Source: Phycisphaerae bacterium (GTDB taxonomy: Bacteria > Planctomycetota > Phycisphaerae > UBA1845). From it: a stretch of 64,000 bases of DNA. Where the stretch lies: NCBI GenBank assembly GCA_963666835.2, contig CAXXGO010000005.1, positions 244,222 to 308,221 of the forward strand. The letters are read 5' to 3'. Shown here piece by piece: positions 20,320 to 31,739 of the stretch. Position 1 is the first letter of the stretch, and every line of letters begins with the position of its first letter. The position numbers and the translations under genes are program-made. Under the pieces are notes generated by a model. That model was given only the letters and a program-made list of their open reading frames with translations. It was not told the DNA's origin and did not search any database.

Positions 20320-21375
20320 ATGCGTGTTGCACTGCCGGTTGATTTGCGTAGCGATACCGTCACTCGGCCGTCAGCCGAGATGCGCCGGGCGATCGCGGAG
20401 GCTGAAGTCGGGGACGATGTCCTCGGCGACGATCCAACGGTCATTCGACTTCAGGAGAAGGTGGCGTCGTTGCTGGGCAAGGAGGCGGCTCTGTTCATGC
20501 CTTCCGGGTCGATGGCCAACCAGACGGCGATTCGTGCCCAGACGCAGCCCGGAGATGAGATCATCGCTCACGCGGAAAGCCATGTCTACCATTACGAAGG
20601 GGGGGCACCGGCGGGGCTTTCCGGATGTTCGTTCCGCTTGTTGCAGGGGAATAGGGGGTTGTTTGACGCGGCAGCGGTAGCTGCGGCCGTTCGGCCTCCT
20701 GATTCGCATTTTCCATCCTCGGCTCTGGTTGTGGTGGAGAACACGCACAATCGCGGCGGCGGTACATGTTGGTCGGTTGAAGCGATTGCGGAGATCCGAA
20801 AAGTTGCGGATGCGTGCGGGTTGCGCGTGCATCTTGACGGCGCCAGGTTGTTGAACGCTTGTGCGGCCAGAGGTTACAGTCCGGAGGAGTACGCGCGATA
20901 CGCGGACACGGTATCAATGTGTTTTTCCAAGGGGTTGGGGGCCCCGGTGGGGTCCGCCGTGGCGGGAAGCAGCGAGATCATCCGCCGTATTCACCGTTTC
21001 AGAAAGATGTTTGGTGGGGGGATGCGGCAAGCCGGAATGATTGCGGCGGCGGCGATGTTCGCCCTGGAGCATAACGTGGACCGCCTGCCGGAAGATCATG
21101 AGAATGCCCGACGTTTGGCATCTGCACTCAGCGAGCTACCGGGTTTGAACGTCGCCCCCGAAACCGTCGAGACCAACATCGTCTACTTCACTGTCAGGGA
21201 ATCGGCCGGGTCGGCGCGGGATGTGTGCGAAGCTTTGCGGCGGGAGTACGAGGTTTGGATGCTGCCTGTTGCCCAGCAGCGAATCCGGGCGGTCACCCAT
21301 CTGGATGTCACCAGCGATGCAGTAGATTACGCCAGCGCGGCGTTTCGCCGGGTACTCAAGGCTCGGACGGTGTGA
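20320..21375 (+). CDS. ltaE: Low-specificity L-threonine aldolase
   Basis: [54 protein letters not shown]. Confidence 0.95.
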   Translation: MRVALPVDLRSDTVTRPSAEMRRAIAEAEVGDDVLGDDPTVIRLQEKVASLLGKEAALFMPSGSMANQTAIRAQTQPGDEIIAHAESHVYHYEGGAPAGLSGCSFRLLQGNRGLFDAAAVAAAVRPPDSHFPSSALVVVENTHNRGGGTCWSVEAIAEIRKVADACGLRVHLDGARLLNACAARGYSPEEYARYADTVSMCFSKGLGAPVGSAVAGSSEIIRRIHRFRKMFGGGMRQAGMIAAAAMFALEHNVDRLPEDHENARRLASALSELPGLNVAPETVETNIVYFTVRESAGSARDVCEALRREYEVWMLPVAQQRIRAVTHLDVTSDAVDYASAAFRRVLKARTV

Positions 21376-21574
21376 TCCTCAACGCGCAGCGCAGGCATTC
21401 AGCCTGCCCCAAGTTGGATGAGCTCCGCGGTCTTCGGGCGTACCTCTGTTCTTGAGCAGGGCAGGGACCGGACGCGGTGTGCTTGGCCCCGGACCTTTAC
21501 GAGTCGCAATACGCCGGCCCGGTCAGGCCAATCCACGCTTTTCGGGCGCAATCACTTCATGCAACACGGCCATA

Positions 21575-22690
21575 CTAAACACGCGCCGGCGCGGCGATTC
21601 CCACCAGAGCTTGTGCCACCTGATCTACCTGCTCGCTCGTAAGATACGGGCACATGGGCAAGGACAACAATTGATCGCAGTACTTCGTGGTGTACTCGAG
21701 AGTGCCCGACGTGATGCATCCCCGAGTGAACGCCAACTGCTGGTCGATCGGCACGGGATAGTGAATTCCGACTCCAATGCCCTGTTCGTGGAGCCGGTCA
21801 TAGACCGCGTCCCGCTCGGGGCACCGGACGACGTACTGGTGGAAGACGTGTTCTGCGCCCTGGCGGACTACCGGTAACGTCAGCCCCGTTGAGGCAAGCG
21901 CGCTGCCGTATCTGGCCGCGTGTTTCCGGCGGACATCATTCCATCTATCGAGATGCCGGAGTTTCACCCGCAGAACTGCAGCCTGGATGCTGTCCAGGCG
22001 ACTGTTGAAGCCGCGCATCGAATGATAGTGTTTGAATCGGGATCCATAGTTGCGGGCCGCCCGCAGCCAATCGGCCAGCTTCTTGTCGTTGGTGACGACG
22101 GCCCCGCCGTCCCCGAGCGCCCCGAGGTTCTTGCCGGGGAAGAAGCTGAAGCAGGCCGCCTCCCCGAGGCTGCCGCATCTCTTGCCTTTGTACCTTGCCC
22201 CATGAGCCTGGGCGGCGTCTTCTATCACGGTCAGATTGTGCTCGTCGGCAATAATGCGGATTGCGTCCATGTCGGCCGGCTGACCGTACAGGTGTACGGG
22301 GATGATCGCCTTGGTGCGAGATGTGATCGCGGACGACAGTCGCGTCGGGTTCAGAGTATACGTGTCGGGTTCGTGATCGACGAGCACCGGGATCGCCCCG
22401 GCGTGGTGGATCGCCAGCGCGGTTGCAATGAACGTGTTTCCCGCGGTAATGACTTCGTCCCCCCGCCCAATTCCTGAGCCCTTGAGGGCGAGAGTCAGGG
22501 CGTCCAATCCGCTGCCGACCCCGACGCAGTATTTGGCCTCGCAGAAAGCGGCGAACTCCTCCTCGAATGCGTCCAACTCGGCTCCGAGGACAAACGCGCT
22601 GGAGTCGATGACTGAGCTGATGGCATTGGTTATTTCATTACGTAGTTCGTCGTGTTGAGCTTTCAGATTCACGAGGGGGATTGTGGTCAT
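21575..22690 (-). CDS. DegT/DnrJ/EryC1/StrS sugar aminotransferase
   Basis: [43 protein letters not shown]. Confidence 0.96.
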   Translation of the reverse strand: MTTIPLVNLKAQHDELRNEITNAISSVIDSSAFVLGAELDAFEEEFAAFCEAKYCVGVGSGLDALTLALKGSGIGRGDEVITAGNTFIATALAIHHAGAIPVLVDHEPDTYTLNPTRLSSAITSRTKAIIPVHLYGQPADMDAIRIIADEHNLTVIEDAAQAHGARYKGKRCGSLGEAACFSFFPGKNLGALGDGGAVVTNDKKLADWLRAARNYGSRFKHYHSMRGFNSRLDSIQAAVLRVKLRHLDRWNDVRRKHAARYGSALASTGLTLPVVRQGAEHVFHQYVVRCPERDAVYDRLHEQGIGVGIHYPVPIDQQLAFTRGCITSGTLEYTTKYCDQLLSLPMCPYLTSEQVDQVAQALVGIAAPARV

Positions 22691-22702
22691 TGGAGGGTCC
22701 TT

Positions 22703-23425
22703 TCATTTGCGCATGCCCAAACCGAGCAGAAACACCGGCCGCAGAATATTCCACCAGCCGATGATCGGCGTCATCTTCGTATATCCGAGGGAACGCGGGG
22801 GGTAGATCTTGCTGCAAGGGACCTCCCGGTGCGCGTAGCCCAGTTTCAGTACCTTCCAGAGCAGGTAGACCTCCAGCCCGTAGCTGTCGAGCCACGGCTG
22901 ATGCAGTCGGATTCGCTCATCGTCGAGCACATCCAACCGCAACGCGCGGAAGCCGTTGGTGCTCTCGGTGAGTTTCCTGCCGCAGAACCACCCCAACAAG
23001 CGCGCGTGCAGGCGCGTCGCCCACTTACGGTAGAGTGGCATGTCACCCCCGAACGCTCCGCCGGCGAGGTAGCGGGATCCGATCACCATAGCGCAGTGAT
23101 CGTCGCAGATCGGATCCAGCAGGCGGGGGATCTCGGAGGGGTCGTCCTTGTCGTTGCCGGCCAGGATGACCGCGATGTCGTATCCTTCCCGGCGGGCATA
23201 ATCCAACCCGGTGCGGATGGCGGCGCCCACGCCGCGCCGTCGTCCGTGAGGCCAGACCTCAGCCCCGCGTTCGCGGGCTACGGTTGCGGTGTTGTCGGTC
23301 GAGCCGTCGTCTATTACGAGCAGCGTGTCGATGATGGGGGAGTCCGCCCGGTCGACCACGCGGCCGATCTTCCCCTCCTCGTTATGGGCGGGGACTAAAG
23401 CGACGATACTCTTCCCTCTATACAT
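22703..23425 (-). CDS. Glycosyltransferase family 2 (DPM1-like)
   Basis: Start trimmed to MYRGK; VPAHNEE, IDDGSTD, GSRY, TNGFRA. Confidence 0.92.
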   Translation of the reverse strand: MYRGKSIVALVPAHNEEGKIGRVVDRADSPIIDTLLVIDDGSTDNTATVARERGAEVWPHGRRRGVGAAIRTGLDYARREGYDIAVILAGNDKDDPSEIPRLLDPICDDHCAMVIGSRYLAGGAFGGDMPLYRKWATRLHARLLGWFCGRKLTESTNGFRALRLDVLDDERIRLHQPWLDSYGLEVYLLWKVLKLGYAHREVPCSKIYPPRSLGYTKMTPIIGWWNILRPVFLLGLGMRK

Positions 23426-23451
23426 GGAGTGGTTTCTGAGCCGTCGGAGCG

Positions 23452-24594
23452 TCAGCCCCGGACGGCATTCACCTTTAGCTTGTCGCGCTCTGCAGTTGGT
23501 CTGCCCGGTCCGGCGTACGCTACATCTCCCGCGTTCATTGTGGCGAACCGTCGGTGGTCCGCGTCGATATCCACCGGGCACATCACGCCGTCTTGTTGCA
23601 TTGAGCGTGTGGCGGCCTCGAGTACGCGGGCGATATTCCAACCCTCCGTGACCGTCGATTCACAAGGAGCACCGTCAAGCACGCTGCTCAGGAACGCCTC
23701 AGCCTGATTGATCAAAGGCTCGGTTCGGCGAATGGTCGGAAGGTGGACGTCGGAGTTGCGGATTACGCAATGGAACTCGCCGAACGAATCGTAGTACGGA
23801 GGCTCTGCCAAACCCTTGTCATAGAGACGGAGCGTGTCCTCGGGGTCGACGTCGTCCCAGTGGGCCATCTTCCGCTCTCCGATGACGGTGAGGGTCCGCA
23901 TCTTCCGCGGGTTCATCCAACTGACATGGATGTGGCCCAAGGTTCCGTCGGGGTACTTGAGGGTGGCGAAGCAGACATCCTGGATCTTCTCTTGGGAGAT
24001 ACAACGTCCCAGGGCGGAGATCTCAACCGGAACCGCTCCGAGCAAGTAGTTGAAGATCGAGATGTCGTGCGTGCCCAGGTCGTACAGGGCGTTTACGTCT
24101 CCGCGGATCGGGCCCAGGTTGGTTCGCACGGCATCGAGATACTGAACCCGCCCCAGCTCGCCGGATACCACCATCTCGCGCAGGCGTCGGATGCCGTTGT
24201 TGAAAAGAAACACGTGCCCGACCATCAGGACACGCCCGGAGATACTCGCCAACGCGCCCAGTTCGCGGGCCTCGTCGCTACTGGAGCATATAGGTTTCTC
24301 CACCAGAACGTGCTTGCCGGCCCGCAACGCGTCGGCGGCAATGGCGGCGTGCGTGTTGGTCGGAGTGGCGATGACGACCGCATCTATCGCATCGTCGTCC
24401 AGCAGCTCTCGGTGGTCGGTGGTACGCCTGACCCCGGGAAACCGTTGCCGGATCCGGTCCAGGCGAGCACCGCTGCAATCTGCACAGGCCAGGACATCCG
24501 ATCGTTCCAACTCGCTGAACACGCGGATGTGGTTCGGGCCCCAGTGCCCACACCCGATAACCCCTATGGCTAGTCGATTCGCAGTCGTTTCCAT
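23452..24594 (-). CDS. Gfo/Idh/MocA oxidoreductase
   Basis: GVIGCGHWG, HVLVEKP, DLGTHD. Confidence 0.95.
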   Translation of the reverse strand: METTANRLAIGVIGCGHWGPNHIRVFSELERSDVLACADCSGARLDRIRQRFPGVRRTTDHRELLDDDAIDAVVIATPTNTHAAIAADALRAGKHVLVEKPICSSSDEARELGALASISGRVLMVGHVFLFNNGIRRLREMVVSGELGRVQYLDAVRTNLGPIRGDVNALYDLGTHDISIFNYLLGAVPVEISALGRCISQEKIQDVCFATLKYPDGTLGHIHVSWMNPRKMRTLTVIGERKMAHWDDVDPEDTLRLYDKGLAEPPYYDSFGEFHCVIRNSDVHLPTIRRTEPLINQAEAFLSSVLDGAPCESTVTEGWNIARVLEAATRSMQQDGVMCPVDIDADHRRFATMNAGDVAYAGPGRPTAERDKLKVNAVRG

Positions 24595-24766
24595 ACTCGC
24601 TTGTCTCCCGTACGGCGCAGCTAGCGCCTATCGCCGGTAATATCGGAACTGCGGAGGGGGTGATGAAGTTGCAGGCGTGAACGGTTTATCTCGGAACGGG
24701 GCGAAGGCCCGATAACTAATCGAGATGAGGCAGGCCGATCCTGCGGTGATTATGTGGATGGCGGCG

Positions 24767-26311
24767 TTACGACGGGGCGGGGACCACGGAAGAGAACGCT
24801 CCGTTGGCGGGGCCGTTGAGCAGTTCGAAGAACTTTCCGGTTGCCGCACACAGCTCGGCGATGTTCGCACCGACCAGGAACGTCAAATACGAGATCTCGT
24901 CTTCCTGACTCAAGATCGTCTCGCGGCGCTTGAGTAAATCGTCGATGTTCAGCCCTCCGGTCAGGTACGACTCCACGCCGGTTCGGAAGTCGTCCACGTA
25001 CCGCGGCAAGTTGCCGGCCAGTTGATCGCGGCTGGCGCCCAGGGTGTCGATACGCACCAGCGGTTCCAGGGTATCCACGAAGATCGCATTCTCTCGCGCC
25101 GCGATGGCTTGAGTGAACCGGCGGATATTGGCGTGAGCCTGTCTGGTCAGACTGCCCGTCACTCGATGATCGACCGCGCTGACATCCAATCCAGCCGAAA
25201 CCACCCAATCCGACACCCCCTCATTGCGCTCGCGACCTTCGAGATTCGACTCTCCGTTGATTAGAAGGGTAATGTCCCACGTGCCTCGTCGGGCCAAGTC
25301 GAGCTGTACTTCTGCGTTGCGGACGGCGTTGCGCAGGGTCGCGATTTCCGGGTCCGTAGCAATGCTGGCCTTTAGCACTTCCTCGTGAGTTAGTCCGGCG
25401 AATGGATTGAAAGACTCGTCGACAATTTCGGTCCGGCTGTGGAACGGTATGCCTATCGCCGATTTCAGTCGCTCAAGCTGAATATCGCGCCATCCGTAGG
25501 CGATACGGAGTTCGGCCGCGACTTTGGCAAGTTCCGCTTCGAGTCGGCGAGCATCTGCAGATACATCCCGTCCCTTGATCTCCGCCATCATCTTCTGCAG
25601 ATCCACCAGATCCCGTTGCCAACTCTCCTTATTATGAGCTTGGCGTTGGAGATTCGCCACATCATAGAATTTGAACATCGCGTTCTGGAGTTGCTGCCGG
25701 ATCCGCTGGATGTACGCCAGTTGCATATCGTCGAGTTCGTTTCTCCTGAAGATGTCCTCACTCGTACGTTCCAGCTTCTCCCGGGATTCCCAGAGCGGGT
25801 AACGCAGTTCTGCCGAGACGAACGGTTGGTTACCGATGTCGTCGTCCGTCTCGTTGGTGTCGTACCCCACGCCTACGTTCAAAGCGGTGGTGTCGAAGAA
25901 GCGTTTCTCAACTGACAGTTCCACTACATGCTCACGTTCCCGTGTAACAGTTTCGTCGGCCCGGTATTCGCCGAACTCGTTAGAGACGCGCAGCCGCGGA
26001 GTGAGTGAGTCGCGCGATACGTAGAAGAAGTCGTAGCGGGCTTCTTCCGACTTGAATCGCTGATAGCTCGCCTTGATGTCCGGTTGTAGGTTGAACGCCA
26101 GGACAATCAGCGACTGCGGCGATAGCTCGTACACCTCACCTTGGTCCTTGGTGGATAAACGCTCCGCGCGGGCCAGAACCGTTACCGATGCCGGGATCGG
26201 CAGCTTGATTCGGCTCTGCAGCCCGGCCGAGGGCATCGTGCTGTTGCAGGATACAAGAAACGACAAAACCAGAGCGATGCCCAAGCCTTTACCGAGACCA
26301 CGAACACACAT
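24767..26311 (-). CDS. TolC-like outer-membrane efflux lipoprotein
   Basis: Lipobox-like LVSC; two repeats of NxDI/DPEI helix, beta strands and coiled coils. Confidence 0.7.
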   Translation of the reverse strand: MCVRGLGKGLGIALVLSFLVSCNSTMPSAGLQSRIKLPIPASVTVLARAERLSTKDQGEVYELSPQSLIVLAFNLQPDIKASYQRFKSEEARYDFFYVSRDSLTPRLRVSNEFGEYRADETVTREREHVVELSVEKRFFDTTALNVGVGYDTNETDDDIGNQPFVSAELRYPLWESREKLERTSEDIFRRNELDDMQLAYIQRIRQQLQNAMFKFYDVANLQRQAHNKESWQRDLVDLQKMMAEIKGRDVSADARRLEAELAKVAAELRIAYGWRDIQLERLKSAIGIPFHSRTEIVDESFNPFAGLTHEEVLKASIATDPEIATLRNAVRNAEVQLDLARRGTWDITLLINGESNLEGRERNEGVSDWVVSAGLDVSAVDHRVTGSLTRQAHANIRRFTQAIAARENAIFVDTLEPLVRIDTLGASRDQLAGNLPRYVDDFRTGVESYLTGGLNIDDLLKRRETILSQEDEISYLTFLVGANIAELCAATGKFFELLNGPANGAFSSVVPAPS

Positions 26312-26451
26312 CTACGATCGGTCCTCCCTAGAAGGAGCTTCTGAAGAGCGGTAACCCCGGCCGTTTCCAACGCGCAAGCCGGTACAAAGGAATGTATTCG
26401 CAACTTGGCCGACGATCAACCGAGCGGGTTGCCTCTGCCGCGGGTTGGCGG

Positions 26452-27258
26452 CTAGCCGGATCGCTTCTCTACGACAACCAGGCACCGAAACGCGAGCAGA
26501 GGCGCGAGTGGTTTCAGCAACCGCTCGAATGACCGGATTGCCGGAGCGAGGGCGTGGGGCAATAGTCGGCGGCGTCCGAAGCCACCGCTGAGCGGGTACA
26601 GCAACAAGTCCAGTTGCTCTCGCCTGATGACCTTGAGGTTTTTCAGTCGTTCATGAAACGAGTTTATCTCCCGCCAGAACAGCAAGGTGGGAATGGCCGT
26701 GTTGGCGTCCCAGGGGTCCTTGCGTGTTTCCGTTTTCGCGGTTGGTCGGTTCGTGGTCGGCCGGGCCGACATGTCGATGTTCTCGTGGTGCATATATCGC
26801 CACGCCGGCCAGCTCATTGGGGAAACGTAGGGCTCGAGCATGACTATCCGGCCGCCCGGAGCCAGCGTGCGGTCGGCCTCTTCGAAGAACTGCATAGGAT
26901 CTTCGAGGTGGTGGAGCACATCGAGCATGATGATATTGGCGAGCTGCTCGTCGCCGAATGGCAGCCGGCATGCATCGGCGGCGACGTCCAACCAGGGGCA
27001 GGGAATGATGTCGCACGTGAAAACGCCGCGGCGCGGTTGTCTTGATCCTCCGTGCCCCGCGCCTACTTCGACATCGCAGCCCGCCACCGTGCTTCGCGCC
27101 GCTCGGATCATCGTCTGGTATCCCTCGTAGATCTCGCGTACGAGAGGGCGCTGCGCCCACAACTCCGCGCGCCGGTCAACCTCCGCGCGCGCCCGCTGGG
27201 TCTGGAGAGAGGCCTCTCCGATGAGCGGGCCATCCGTTATTGAGGCGGCGGTGGTCAT
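26452..27258 (-). CDS. Class I SAM-dependent methyltransferase
   Basis: EVGAGHG, DACRLPF, DVLHHL, LAPGGRIVMLEP. Confidence 0.92.
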   Translation of the reverse strand: MTTAASITDGPLIGEASLQTQRARAEVDRRAELWAQRPLVREIYEGYQTMIRAARSTVAGCDVEVGAGHGGSRQPRRGVFTCDIIPCPWLDVAADACRLPFGDEQLANIIMLDVLHHLEDPMQFFEEADRTLAPGGRIVMLEPYVSPMSWPAWRYMHHENIDMSARPTTNRPTAKTETRKDPWDANTAIPTLLFWREINSFHERLKNLKVIRREQLDLLLYPLSGGFGRRRLLPHALAPAIRSFERLLKPLAPLLAFRCLVVVEKRSG

Positions 27259-27760
27259 GGCTCGAACGTCACCTTCTGAAGGTCGCGAATCCTCCGATGA
27301 TCCGGGCGCACACCCATTATTATCGGTACTTGCCGTCGTCTGCTGGAACGGGACGGGCGGGGTTGAACCCGGTTCGGCGGTTTTTCGGGCAGTGCGGCAG
27401 CCCGTGCAAGGCAAGCGCGGCCCTTCATCCGCCGATAACCATGCCGGAGTGCCCTCGCGCGGTGCTCATGGGACGGGAATACTACGTTTTTTCGGACGGT
27501 GAACCATCAACAGTAGCCCTGCGATTCAGCTTGACCATATTCCGGTAGCTCCGATTCCGGACCAGCCTTGGACCTCGGTTAACTTCCGGGCACCGGCCCC
27601 CGGAGGGCGTTCCGACGGTAGCGGCGCGGCATGGCGTGATGCGGTAGCCCGCATATACGATGGGAGAGCCGAAGCGGACTACAAGCGGCGGAAACCCCGT
27701 TACTACTTACGACGCATCCAGAAGCGCCTGGCGGGAATAATCGAACCGCGAAGCCGGGTA

Positions 27761-29047
27761 TTGGAAATCGGCTGCGGCCGCGGAGACCTGTTGGCGTCGT
27801 TGGACCCGGTGAGCGGAATCGGTGTAGATCTCAGCCGGAACATGATCAACGAAGCCCGTCGGCGACACCGCGGGCAGCAGTTCATTTGCATGCCCGGCGA
27901 GGAAGTCTACCGCCTGAACGATAAGTTCGATTACGTCGTCGTTTCGCAGACGATGGACGAGATCTACGATCTCCAGGTGCTGTTCAACTCCATTCGCGCA
28001 GTCTGCCACGCGCGCACGCGTCTGGTGATTGTCCATCACAGCCGTATGTGGCAACCCGCCGTCAGGTTGATGGAGTGGCTCCACGTCAAAGGGCGGTCGC
28101 CCGAGCGGAATTGGCTGCCGGCGGACGAGATAATGCACCTGGCGAAGTTGTCGGGGTTCGAGACCGTGCGGATGTTCGGTATGACTCCGGCTCCGCTGCC
28201 CGTTCCGCCAATCTCCGGATTACTCAACCGGTTCGTCGGGAATCTGCCGGGAATGCACTTGCTCGGTCTGAACTATGTAATCGTGGCCCGATGCGTGGAG
28301 CCGGACGTTCTCGCCTCCGCCCGCCCGCGAAGCGTGTCTATCGTAGTCCCCGCGTGCAATGAGGCCGGGCACATCAGGCCCTTGCTTCGACGCGTTCCCA
28401 AAATGGCCGATCGGCAGGAGGTCATCTTCGTCGAAGGTGGCAGCCGGGATAACACGTGGTCGGAGATCCAGGCCGTGGTACGAGACTACACCGGCCCGTT
28501 TCAGCTCAAGTGCATGCAGCAGGACGGGCGCGGAAAGGGCGATGCCGTTCGTAAGGCGTTCGCCTCGGCCACGGGCGACTGCCTAATGATCCTCGACGCG
28601 GATATCAGCGTGCCCCCGGAAGAACTGGGCGCGTTCTACGATACGTTCTCGTCGGGCAAAGGGGAGTTCATCAATGGCTCGCGCATGGTCTACATGATGG
28701 ACCGCCGGGCCATGCGTTTCCTGAACCTGCTGGGCAACAAGACCTTTGGTTGGGTGTTTACCTATCTGCTCTCGCAGCGGTTCCGCGATACATTGTGCGG
28801 TACGAAAGTGCTCAGCCGCCGAGACTACGAACGCATCGCCGCGAACCGGGCGTACTTCGGAGACTTTGACCCGTTCGGTGACTTCGATCTGCTGTTCGGT
28901 GCCGCGCGATTGTCCCTGAAGATCACCGACGTGCCCGTACACTATAAGGCTCGCACCTACGGAGAGACGAACATCTCCCGGTTCTCGCACGGCTGGATGC
29001 TCTTGCGCATGTGCCTGTTGGCGGCTCGCAAGCTGAAGTTCATCTGA
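27761..29047 (+). CDS. Fused SAM methyltransferase-like / GT2 glycosyltransferase (true start upstream, frame open from 27503)
   Basis: LEIGCGRG; VPACNEAG, VEGGSRD, GKGDAVR, ILDAD, DTLCGTK, DPFGDFDLLFGA. Confidence 0.93.
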   Translation: MEIGCGRGDLLASLDPVSGIGVDLSRNMINEARRRHRGQQFICMPGEEVYRLNDKFDYVVVSQTMDEIYDLQVLFNSIRAVCHARTRLVIVHHSRMWQPAVRLMEWLHVKGRSPERNWLPADEIMHLAKLSGFETVRMFGMTPAPLPVPPISGLLNRFVGNLPGMHLLGLNYVIVARCVEPDVLASARPRSVSIVVPACNEAGHIRPLLRRVPKMADRQEVIFVEGGSRDNTWSEIQAVVRDYTGPFQLKCMQQDGRGKGDAVRKAFASATGDCLMILDADISVPPEELGAFYDTFSSGKGEFINGSRMVYMMDRRAMRFLNLLGNKTFGWVFTYLLSQRFRDTLCGTKVLSRRDYERIAANRAYFGDFDPFGDFDLLFGAARLSLKITDVPVHYKARTYGETNISRFSHGWMLLRMCLLAARKLKFI

Positions 29048-29283
29048 CACTCTTCTGTCACCGTGGACGAGACGACATCCTCGCGGAGGGCTTGCGGCCG
29101 GGGATCTGTCGCCAACGTGGAGCTACTCCGCTCCGCTCTCCTTCTGCTCTTGGAGAGACTTCTGATACGCCTTCCACCCGGGACACCAGCCGGTGTGCCA
29201 GCGCCATATACGGGCGATGATCGAACGCGGCTTGCGTTCGGAATAGGCTCTCATGGGGCAGGCTTCACAACCTCGCTTCTTCT

Positions 29284-31137
29284 TCATGGAAACGGCTCCG
29301 TCTGCATCTGCAAAACCTGGGTGATGCGGGCAACCGGGTACACGTTCAGGCGGTCATCCCAATAGGGCGAGCGGCTATAGAAGAAGTCCAGACGCGCTCG
29401 GGGGTTGGAAGCGAACTCCCGATCCGTGCCGACCTTGCTCTCGAACTCGCGACGAAGCTCCGGGTCGGACTCCAACATCGCCCGGGCCAGCTCCTCCAGG
29501 ACGTAGTGCTCGCCGTACTCCTTCCGCTCGAAGATCGTGTTGAAAAAGCCCCAGGAGACCAGCGAATCCGGTGCGGCCGGCTCGAACATCTGAATGGCCA
29601 GCTTGGCATCGGGTTGATCGAGCGGGAGCACCACCGACCCGGGCAAAAACGTCCGCTCTTCGATGATCGGCTCAGTTGCAAACCGAGGTTGATGACGGCC
29701 CTCGAAAGATCTCGCCGGGAACGTCACGTCTGTGAACCGGTAGGACTCGAACCGGGCGGTAACGGGTGTGACTAACCGCCGGCATCGCAGGCCGTGAGCC
29801 TTCGCCAGGGCGATTACTTCCGTCCACTGCGGGGGGATGATATAGGCCAAAGGCGGTGACACCGTTTGAGTGACCTCCGTGCCGAAGTACCAGGTGGTTT
29901 CGATGTCGATCGGCTCTGTGTTGTCGTAGATGATGCGGACATCGCCCGAAACTTCGCTCAGTTCCCGCCGGTAGGCGCATCCGTGAAAGGTGAGCGGGCG
30001 GGATTCGTCCGTATGACCGATGGCCAGGGGAAACTCCCGCTCGGGGTCGTAGGCGGTGCCGATCTTCGCGGCGTTTTCGTCGGCCGTGAGTACGGCTTGG
30101 CGAAGCGAACCGGCGTCGCGATTCAAGACCTCCAGAGTATGCAGCATTATGCTGTAGTGAGCGAACACCCTTGTGCGATACGGTTTGAGCATGTGCGTCT
30201 CGACCAGGATCGACGGGCGGTTTCGTACGGAGGCGTACCCGGTGGAATATCGCGGACCGAATCCGCCCGTGCGGATACCCTTTGACGGGTCCTTCGAATC
30301 GACAAGCCAGAAATACGGGATCGGAAGGTGCCCGTCAGCCTCCATGGCCCGGAATAGTTGAGGGTACAAATTGTCGGTTAACCACGCGGCCACCTCCGGC
30401 GCGGCCGCTTCGTGCGTATCGGCCGCGTACGCCACATCGTATTGCCAATCTCCGCCGTCGGTGGTGTGGTGGTCGAAGTGCAGGTCAGGGCGCCAAGCGT
30501 TCCACAGTCCAAGCCACGCCCGCATTTCGACGGCATCCGCTTTCACGTAGTCGCGGTTGAGGTTGTAGTTGCGCGACGTGGTTCGCCAACCCATGGCGTC
30601 GGGACCGTTCTGGTTGATCCGCGAATAGGGCGAGAACCGCTCGTGGCCGTCGGTACTCAGAATCGGGACAACGAGCAGTATAACATGGTCGAGCAGCTTG
30701 GCACGGGTCTTGGTTACGGCGAGGTCGCGTAGCAACATCAACGAAGCGTCCTTCCCGGCCGACTCGCCCGCGTGGATGCAGCATTGGGCGAAGACGACCA
30801 GCTTCTCTGCCGCCCGGGCCGCTTCCGGCGTAAACGCGCGGTCTTTGGACGCTATCACCAGAGGCAGCTCGCGTCCTTCCGGACTTGTTCCAAATGACTC
30901 GTAGCTTAGCCAATCGGACGCCGCGGCCAGCCGCCGGCAGAACGCGATCGTCTCGTCGTAACGGGGGGTCTGCCGAAACCCGGTTTGCTCAGCTTTGGTC
31001 AGCCACTCCGGTGGGGGGCCGGGAGACGGGTTGCGCAGTTGCCTCGTTGACGCGGTCTGCGCGAGAAGCGGCAGGGTGGTGGCCGCCAATGCCAGAAGTA
31101 GCGACGAAGCGATGAGTTCGCAGGTCCGGTTCGGCAT
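29284..31137 (-). CDS. Secreted M14 zinc carboxypeptidase
   Basis: IHAGE (HxxE), NLNRD, DHHTTDG, LVETH; signal peptide after MPNRT. Confidence 0.92.
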   Translation of the reverse strand: MPNRTCELIASSLLLALAATTLPLLAQTASTRQLRNPSPGPPPEWLTKAEQTGFRQTPRYDETIAFCRRLAAASDWLSYESFGTSPEGRELPLVIASKDRAFTPEAARAAEKLVVFAQCCIHAGESAGKDASLMLLRDLAVTKTRAKLLDHVILLVVPILSTDGHERFSPYSRINQNGPDAMGWRTTSRNYNLNRDYVKADAVEMRAWLGLWNAWRPDLHFDHHTTDGGDWQYDVAYAADTHEAAAPEVAAWLTDNLYPQLFRAMEADGHLPIPYFWLVDSKDPSKGIRTGGFGPRYSTGYASVRNRPSILVETHMLKPYRTRVFAHYSIMLHTLEVLNRDAGSLRQAVLTADENAAKIGTAYDPEREFPLAIGHTDESRPLTFHGCAYRRELSEVSGDVRIIYDNTEPIDIETTWYFGTEVTQTVSPPLAYIIPPQWTEVIALAKAHGLRCRRLVTPVTARFESYRFTDVTFPARSFEGRHQPRFATEPIIEERTFLPGSVVLPLDQPDAKLAIQMFEPAAPDSLVSWGFFNTIFERKEYGEHYVLEELARAMLESDPELRREFESKVGTDREFASNPRARLDFFYSRSPYWDDRLNVYPVARITQVLQMQTEPFP

Positions 31138-31189
31138 GTTCTTTCCCTTGTTAGGACTTATGCCCGTCCGGAATCCGTTGTTGTTCGCG

Positions 31190-31462
31190 TTACCCGAAGA
31201 GAAGTCTCGCAAGCGCTGCCAATATCCCCAGCGCCATGATGACCAACATGATCCAGGCAATCACCTTGACCACCGGGGACGGCGGCGGGCGATACGAGGC
31301 GCAGAACTGCTCGCCCAAAGCCTGACCACACGAGGGGCACGACTCGCTGAACTCGGTCAGCTTGCTCCCGCAGTGCGGGCACGCGAATTCGATTCCGGAG
31401 TACTCGTCATTGTTCTGTTCCACGGCGGCCTCGACTCTAGACGACACTCCGCTTTGGCACAA
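31190..31462 (-). CDS. Small zinc-ribbon membrane protein
   Basis: CPHCG...CPSCG then a C-terminal TM helix; start probably ~31423. Confidence 0.7.
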   Translation of the reverse strand: MCQSGVSSRVEAAVEQNNDEYSGIEFACPHCGSKLTEFSESCPSCGQALGEQFCASYRPPPSPVVKVIAWIMLVIMALGILAALARLLFG

Positions 31463-31739
31463 GTGCCCTGTAGCGCAGGCATCCTGCCTGCATTATGCCG
31501 CCCCGCGCAAAGAATGGAGAAGACGTTGGGCTGGTTCTGTACCCATCCCAGAAATCACCCTGATATCTTCTCCGAACTCGCAGGTTCCGCGTGCGGTGGG
31601 AGACGCTCGGTTTTCGCCGTAAGATCCGTCATGTTCGGGGGCGACTAACGGGTGTGCCGGTGTCGCTCCGGGCAATGTCGAGCCACGGGCCGGCACAAGA
31701 GGTTGACCCGGACGGCAGACTTCAGATGGAGACGTACTT

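Noticed and set aside
21575..29047. Sugar-modification cluster with TolC as a novel biosynthetic system
   Set aside because: Common surface-glycan gene families with no distinctive scaffold enzyme
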